The notes beneath the pieces were generated by a model, which was not told where the DNA came from, ran no database searches, and saw nothing but the letters and a program-made list of their open reading frames with translations. Of a DNA stretch of 64,000 nt, positions 62,215 to 64,000 are shown one piece after another. Source of the DNA: an uncultured Acidimicrobiales bacterium (lineage in GTDB: Bacteria > Actinomycetota > Acidimicrobiia > Acidimicrobiales > SZUA-35); contig CAVZHQ010000007.1 of NCBI GenBank assembly GCA_963775125.1, positions 278,412 to 342,411 of the forward strand. Direction: 5' to 3'. Every line of letters starts with the position of its first letter. Positions within the stretch are counted from its first letter, which is position 1. The translations under genes and the position numbers were made by a program.

Positions 62215-63222
62215 TCAGAACTGCAGCGGGCTTGCCGCACTCCAGTCGAGGTTCTGCTCCTGCACTTCGATTTCGACGCGCTTCCAGGTCACATCGATGG
62301 GTACCGATCCGAGGGTTGCCCCGTCCGTCGTGCCGGTTGGCGACGCAACCTCCCGAGGATCGACCATAAGCTCGAACATACCGTTGCGAAGCTCGTCGGT
62401 CGGGCGGGCCATGAGGTGAGCGAAGGCTTCGGCGCACTCGTGCGGTTCGAGCATGCGTGGCTGCCAACGTCCCCAAACTCGCTCGTTGTCGGCGTATTCG
62501 TCGGTCATGCCGGTACGGATGAATGGGAACAGCACCGAGAAGGCCGACACGTGCTCGGCACTGCGGCCCAGGTTGACCTCGAGGACTTTGGGAAGCGCGA
62601 GAACGGCCCAGTTCGAGAGGGCGTATCCCGGCACCGACGGCCCGGGATCAATGGCTTGGCGAGAGGAGACGTAGACGAACTGGACCGGCTCGTTGTGATA
62701 CACGGCTTCGCCGGCCCAGAGGTGCGTGGATGCGAGAAAGCCGTCGATTTTGGTGTCGAGCACCAGGCGGGACTCTTCGAGATTGTCGATGAAGTGCTGG
62801 CGGACCCGCGCTCGCCGAACGGCCAGTGGTTCGTCGGCTTGTTCTTTCAGGGCCCGACCGAACTGGTAACCGGCTTCGGTCAGCCCACTGTTGCAGATGA
62901 CCAAACTCGGCGGCTTGCCCCCCATCTGCTCGATCACGTAGCTGCGGCTTGCCCACAGGTCTCGGAGGTTGGTGACGTCGGCCTGCACCGGGAAGGCGTT
63001 CACCCCGGCGTCCTGGAGGGCGGTGACCAGATCGAACCCGTCCTGGTAACTCCGGTGGAAATGCACCCCCACCGACGCCGCGCCGTTCAGACCTGCCGCA
63101 AGCGCGAATGCCTGACCGATGCCACCGTCCTTGCCCGCTCCGGTGATGAACACTCGTTTGCCCTCGAACCCCGCGGTCAGCTCGGGCGCGAATCGAAAAA
63201 GGTCAGTGTTGGCTCCGTACAT
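62215..63222 (-). CDS. Atypical SDR-family oxidoreductase
   Basis: Rossmann motif ITGAGKDGGIG, VHFHRS, VQADVT, CNSG and VSS; YALSN replaces YxxxK. Confidence 0.75.
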   Translation of the reverse strand: MYGANTDLFRFAPELTAGFEGKRVFITGAGKDGGIGQAFALAAGLNGAASVGVHFHRSYQDGFDLVTALQDAGVNAFPVQADVTNLRDLWASRSYVIEQMGGKPPSLVICNSGLTEAGYQFGRALKEQADEPLAVRRARVRQHFIDNLEESRLVLDTKIDGFLASTHLWAGEAVYHNEPVQFVYVSSRQAIDPGPSVPGYALSNWAVLALPKVLEVNLGRSAEHVSAFSVLFPFIRTGMTDEYADNERVWGRWQPRMLEPHECAEAFAHLMARPTDELRNGMFELMVDPREVASPTGTTDGATLGSVPIDVTWKRVEIEVQEQNLDWSAASPLQF

Positions 63223-63255
63223 GTCCGGATACTAGAGCGGTGCGGCTCGATCGGC

Positions 63256-64000
63256 TCAGGACTGGAAGGCCTCGATCTCGTCGCCGGTCAGACACTCGGC
63301 GATTCCCTGGTTGAACGCGTCGCTCGGCGGTTCGATTCCGGCGATTCGGAGCTCGAACAAACCCAAGGCTTCGGTCGAGGTGGTGATGCACGTGATCGTC
63401 TCGGCCGAGATGACCACGCCGACCGACGCTGCGACCGCCGAGAACCCGCGTCCGGGATCGACGCACCGGTGCAGCGGGGCGACAGCTGTCTCGGCCAGTG
63501 CGCTCGGGGCTTCGGCGGTGGTGAACCCGCCGAGGATCGTGCCGAGCCAGTAGGCGTCGAGCGAGTCGGGCGCAGCGTCGTACTCCCGGTCGACACATCT
63601 GAAGTCGATGGTGTCCACGATGCCGGGTGCCGTGTAATCGGCGAACAGAGCTCGCCCCGCAATGCCCACCGGAATGCACGCTTTCGCCGAGTCCAGATAC
63701 GCCCGCCCCGCGGCCTCCGTCGGCACGCGACCGGCTTCGACGCTGAGCCTCCCGGCGAGCACAGCGGCGGGGTCGGCCGCGGTGGTGGGGCGGAGGCAGT
63801 CGTAGCTGCCTTGCGGGAGGCCCCGGGAGCCGAACAGGGTCGAAGCGATCCGACCGGCGACGCCGTCAGCCCCCGCACACGCAGCCAGTTCGGCGGCAAG
63901 CGCACCGAGCTGGACGTCATCGAGATCGGCGAGCGCGCTGCTGAGGTCGCGGCCGCCCGCTTCGGTCCGGGCAGTCCAGCACTCGTCCACGGCTGCGAAC
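63256..64000 (-). CDS. Partial hypothetical protein with regularly spaced Cys (probably secreted); runs off the right edge
   Basis: Frame is open to the edge (FAAVDECW...). Helical, Ala-rich, with a Cys roughly every 25-45 aa. Confidence 0.6.
   Translation of the reverse strand, partial: FAAVDECWTARTEAGGRDLSSALADLDDVQLGALAAELAACAGADGVAGRIASTLFGSRGLPQGSYDCLRPTTAADPAAVLAGRLSVEAGRVPTEAAGRAYLDSAKACIPVGIAGRALFADYTAPGIVDTIDFRCVDREYDAAPDSLDAYWLGTILGGFTTAEAPSALAETAVAPLHRCVDPGRGFSAVAASVGVVISAETITCITTSTEALGLFELRIAGIEPPSDAFNQGIAECLTGDEIEAFQS

Overview
GC-rich actinobacterial chromosomal DNA, most consistent with Acidimicrobiia (inferred from two LLM/F420-type oxidoreductases, a PPOX protein, an SCO6745-family protein, DUF4214 and DUF2510 surface proteins and an SNF2/SWIM pair). 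About 50 genes, mostly metabolic or housekeeping: ABC-F, OtsB-GH15 fusion, P450, two acyl-CoA ligases, M20 peptidase, class I fumarase, CoaE, methyltransferases, PolX, a SARP/BTAD regulator, MFS and ABC transporters, CorA and GlnRS. I found no rRNA, tRNA, CRISPR array, integrase, transposase or phage gene. About 15 otherwise intact genes carry single frameshifts, which looks like uncorrected long-read indels, so several long ORFs in the supplied track are artefactual fusions. The most interesting items are: (1) an uncharacterised-domain/MpaB(Lcp)-like oxygenase fusion with an out-of-frame A10 tract between its RBS-GTG and the gene body, preceded by a strongly structured intergenic region; (2) a four-gene circularly permuted ATP-grasp/alpha-E/transglutaminase operon next to a DUF6624-like/esterase fusion; (3) an EVE-like/degenerate DUF3883-like gene preceded by a nested inverted-repeat element; (4) a SUKH-like/OB gene upstream of polX; (5) REP-like intergenic palindromes. 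All family assignments come from motif recognition by eye; no database search was run. I cannot establish a wholly new system from this window alone.
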